From Candidatus Thorarchaeota archaeon (GTDB lineage: Archaea; Asgardarchaeota; Thorarchaeia; Thorarchaeales; Thorarchaeaceae), in NCBI GenBank assembly GCA_963726195.1, contig CAVSBO010000008.1:1-64000 (forward strand): a stretch of 64,000 nt of DNA, given 5' to 3'. A model generated the notes under the pieces. The model did no database searches and was not told the DNA's origin. It saw only the letters and a program-made list of their open reading frames with translations. A program made the translations under genes and the position numbers. Of this stretch, positions 62,133 to 64,000 are shown in pieces. Position 1 is the first letter of the stretch. Each line of letters begins with the position of its first letter.

Positions 62133-63491
62133 TTGCTACTAGGAGTGATGGTCCAATTGGATAACGACAGAACAGGGGTCACTGAGTCACAACAGCCGGC
62201 TCAGAAAATGCATTGGCTGTACGTTTTCATCATAGGTCTTGGGTTCTTCACGACTGGAGTCTCTTGGAGCGTTTACAACAGCTATTTGCCTGCTGATTTC
62301 CTACCGGCATTTATTACAGGAGGACTTCAAAACACCATAATCGGAGCCGTCATGGTTCTTGACAACGTTCTCGCACTTTTCATGCAGCCGTATATCGGTG
62401 CGAGATCCGACAGGGTGCGAACCCGGATTGGCCGCCGAATGCCCTTCATTATGATTGGTACCCCGATTGCGGCAGTCTTCTTCGTCCTGATAGCATACGG
62501 TTGGGCGGCGATGAACTTCTGGATGATGTTCGCTTTTCTTACAATCTTCAACGTGGCTATGGCATTTTATCGCGCACCCGTGGTTGCACTCATGCCAGAC
62601 CTTGTCCCTTCTCAGCACAGAACTCTGGCAAATGGTGTCATCAACTTCATGGGCGGTGTTGGAGCCATCTATGCATTTGCTATTGCATCACAGATATACA
62701 AGATTCAGGATCCTGGTCTCGCCTCCTTGTTTGGAGTTGGGGTCAATCAAATCGGACCTGTACTGACATTCCTCACGACAGCCGTGATAATGATTGTCGC
62801 TGTCTTAATCCTCTATGCGACTGTTAAGGAGCCCCCGATTCCTCCGTCAGACTCACAGGAACCGAAGGAAATTGGCATAATACAGGCCTTTAGACAAGTG
62901 TCAATCTCTAAAGACAGGTCGGCTCTTGGGATACTCGGGGCGATATTCTTCTGGTTCTTGGGCTATAACGCAATAGAAACATGGTTCACGAAATACGGCA
63001 AAGAGGTCTTGCTCTTCACGACCGCTAATTCGTCATTCCTTCTGAACGGAATCGCAGTGTCATTCATCATATTCGCAATCCCAGCAGGATTCTTGGGCAA
63101 GAAGGTCGGCCGTAGGAAGACAATCATGACGGGTCTCGTAATCATGATAGCATCAATGCTAGTTCTGTGGTTCATGAAGAGCTACTGGATCATTTTCGGC
63201 GTGCTCGCTGTTGCAGGACTTGGATGGGCTTTCGTGAACGTGAACAGCATAGTCATGGTTTGGGAACAGGTCGGCAAAGCAAGACTAGGTGCCGGAACCG
63301 GGTTGTACTATGCCTTCAGCACGAGTGCCGCGATTGCGGGTCCTCTCTTGGCGGGATATGTCTTCGACTTGACAACAATCGCTCTGCTCTTTCCGTTTTC
63401 CACCATCTTCATGGTAGTGGCACTTCTGCTCACAATGGCCGTCAGAACGGGCGAGATGGGCGACGAGGCAAAGTCCGAGTACGCTCAATAG
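62133..63491 (+). CDS. MFS transporter (GPH/SLC45 maltose-sucrose-like)
   Basis: QPYIGARSDR..TRIGRRMPF, ALMPDLVP, ANGVINFMG; about 12 TMs. Confidence 0.92.
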   Translation: MLLGVMVQLDNDRTGVTESQQPAQKMHWLYVFIIGLGFFTTGVSWSVYNSYLPADFLPAFITGGLQNTIIGAVMVLDNVLALFMQPYIGARSDRVRTRIGRRMPFIMIGTPIAAVFFVLIAYGWAAMNFWMMFAFLTIFNVAMAFYRAPVVALMPDLVPSQHRTLANGVINFMGGVGAIYAFAIASQIYKIQDPGLASLFGVGVNQIGPVLTFLTTAVIMIVAVLILYATVKEPPIPPSDSQEPKEIGIIQAFRQVSISKDRSALGILGAIFFWFLGYNAIETWFTKYGKEVLLFTTANSSFLLNGIAVSFIIFAIPAGFLGKKVGRRKTIMTGLVIMIASMLVLWFMKSYWIIFGVLAVAGLGWAFVNVNSIVMVWEQVGKARLGAGTGLYYAFSTSAAIAGPLLAGYVFDLTTIALLFPFSTIFMVVALLLTMAVRTGEMGDEAKSEYAQ

Positions 63492-63602
63492 CAGAATGGG
63501 GAAGTTCTCTTCCCCTCCTTTTCTGTCCCATCGTAACTCAAGGAAACATGACAGACCATTTAGCAAAACGAGCGACGAGATTCGTGAAGAGGAATGATTG
63601 AT

Positions 63603-64000
63603 TCAGCTTGGCACAGAAGTATCTGTACTCAGCGCGGTAATGAGAGGTTGCACTGCTTGTCTGGGAGCCTTAGGACTGCTGGCCCAGAATATGAAGAAGC
63701 TGACAATCGCCATGACGAGGGCATTGAACAATATCGGGAAGTAGCTAGGCCAGATTGCATAGAGAATGGCCGTGATTACCGGTCCTACTATGCCTGATAT
63801 TGCAATGACAGACTGAAGCAGACCAGAGGCCGTCGACTTTTCTTCGTTCCTTTCTGTTACATACTTCAGAGATCCCACATAGAGGCATGCCCAGGCAAAG
63901 CCCAAGACAACCTGTGAAGGCAAGATATCGATGATATTCTTGGCTAGCATAATCATGCCAAATGTGACCGCAGAACCGAGAAGGCCCAATAAGACTAGAG
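63603..64000 (-). CDS. MFS transporter, C-terminal part (runs off the window)
   Basis: QVVLGFAWACLYVGSL...EKSTASGLL...GIVGPVI. Confidence 0.8.
   Translation of the reverse strand, partial: LVLLGLLGSAVTFGMIMLAKNIIDILPSQVVLGFAWACLYVGSLKYVTERNEEKSTASGLLQSVIAISGIVGPVITAILYAIWPSYFPILFNALVMAIVSFFIFWASSPKAPRQAVQPLITALSTDTSVPS

Overview
Archaeal chromosomal DNA, most likely Asgard (Thorarchaeota-like). This rests on two Asgard-type profilins, eL38, archaeal RNAP/proteasome/aCPSF1 genes and SepF; the lineage is my inference. Most of 5.9-36 kb is housekeeping: translation, RNA modification, proteasome, SucCD, ThrC, tRNA-Ala(GGC), tRNA-Val(CAC) and a probable C/D box sRNA. Accessory or unusual parts: (i) 1-4.5 kb, a decayed mosaic with a tandem radical-SAM-like gene, an inverted PSTK-like fragment and a duplicated hydrophobic toxin-like C-terminus; (ii) a catalytically dead Hel308/Ski2-like helicase with an inserted SWIM finger; (iii) a MoxR-vWA(DUF58) operon led by a 1747-aa surface protein whose transglutaminase-like triad is entirely lost; (iv) an intact solo TnpB element with definable ends and TAM beside tandem profilins, plus a second TnpB 3'/right-end remnant missed by the ORF track; (v) a secreted clan-CD (CHAT/caspase-like) protease-lipase-Ca-repeat fusion. 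Many core genes are split by single-base indels, which points to sequencing error, so every pseudogene call is provisional. All family assignments are by eye from motifs; no database search was run.
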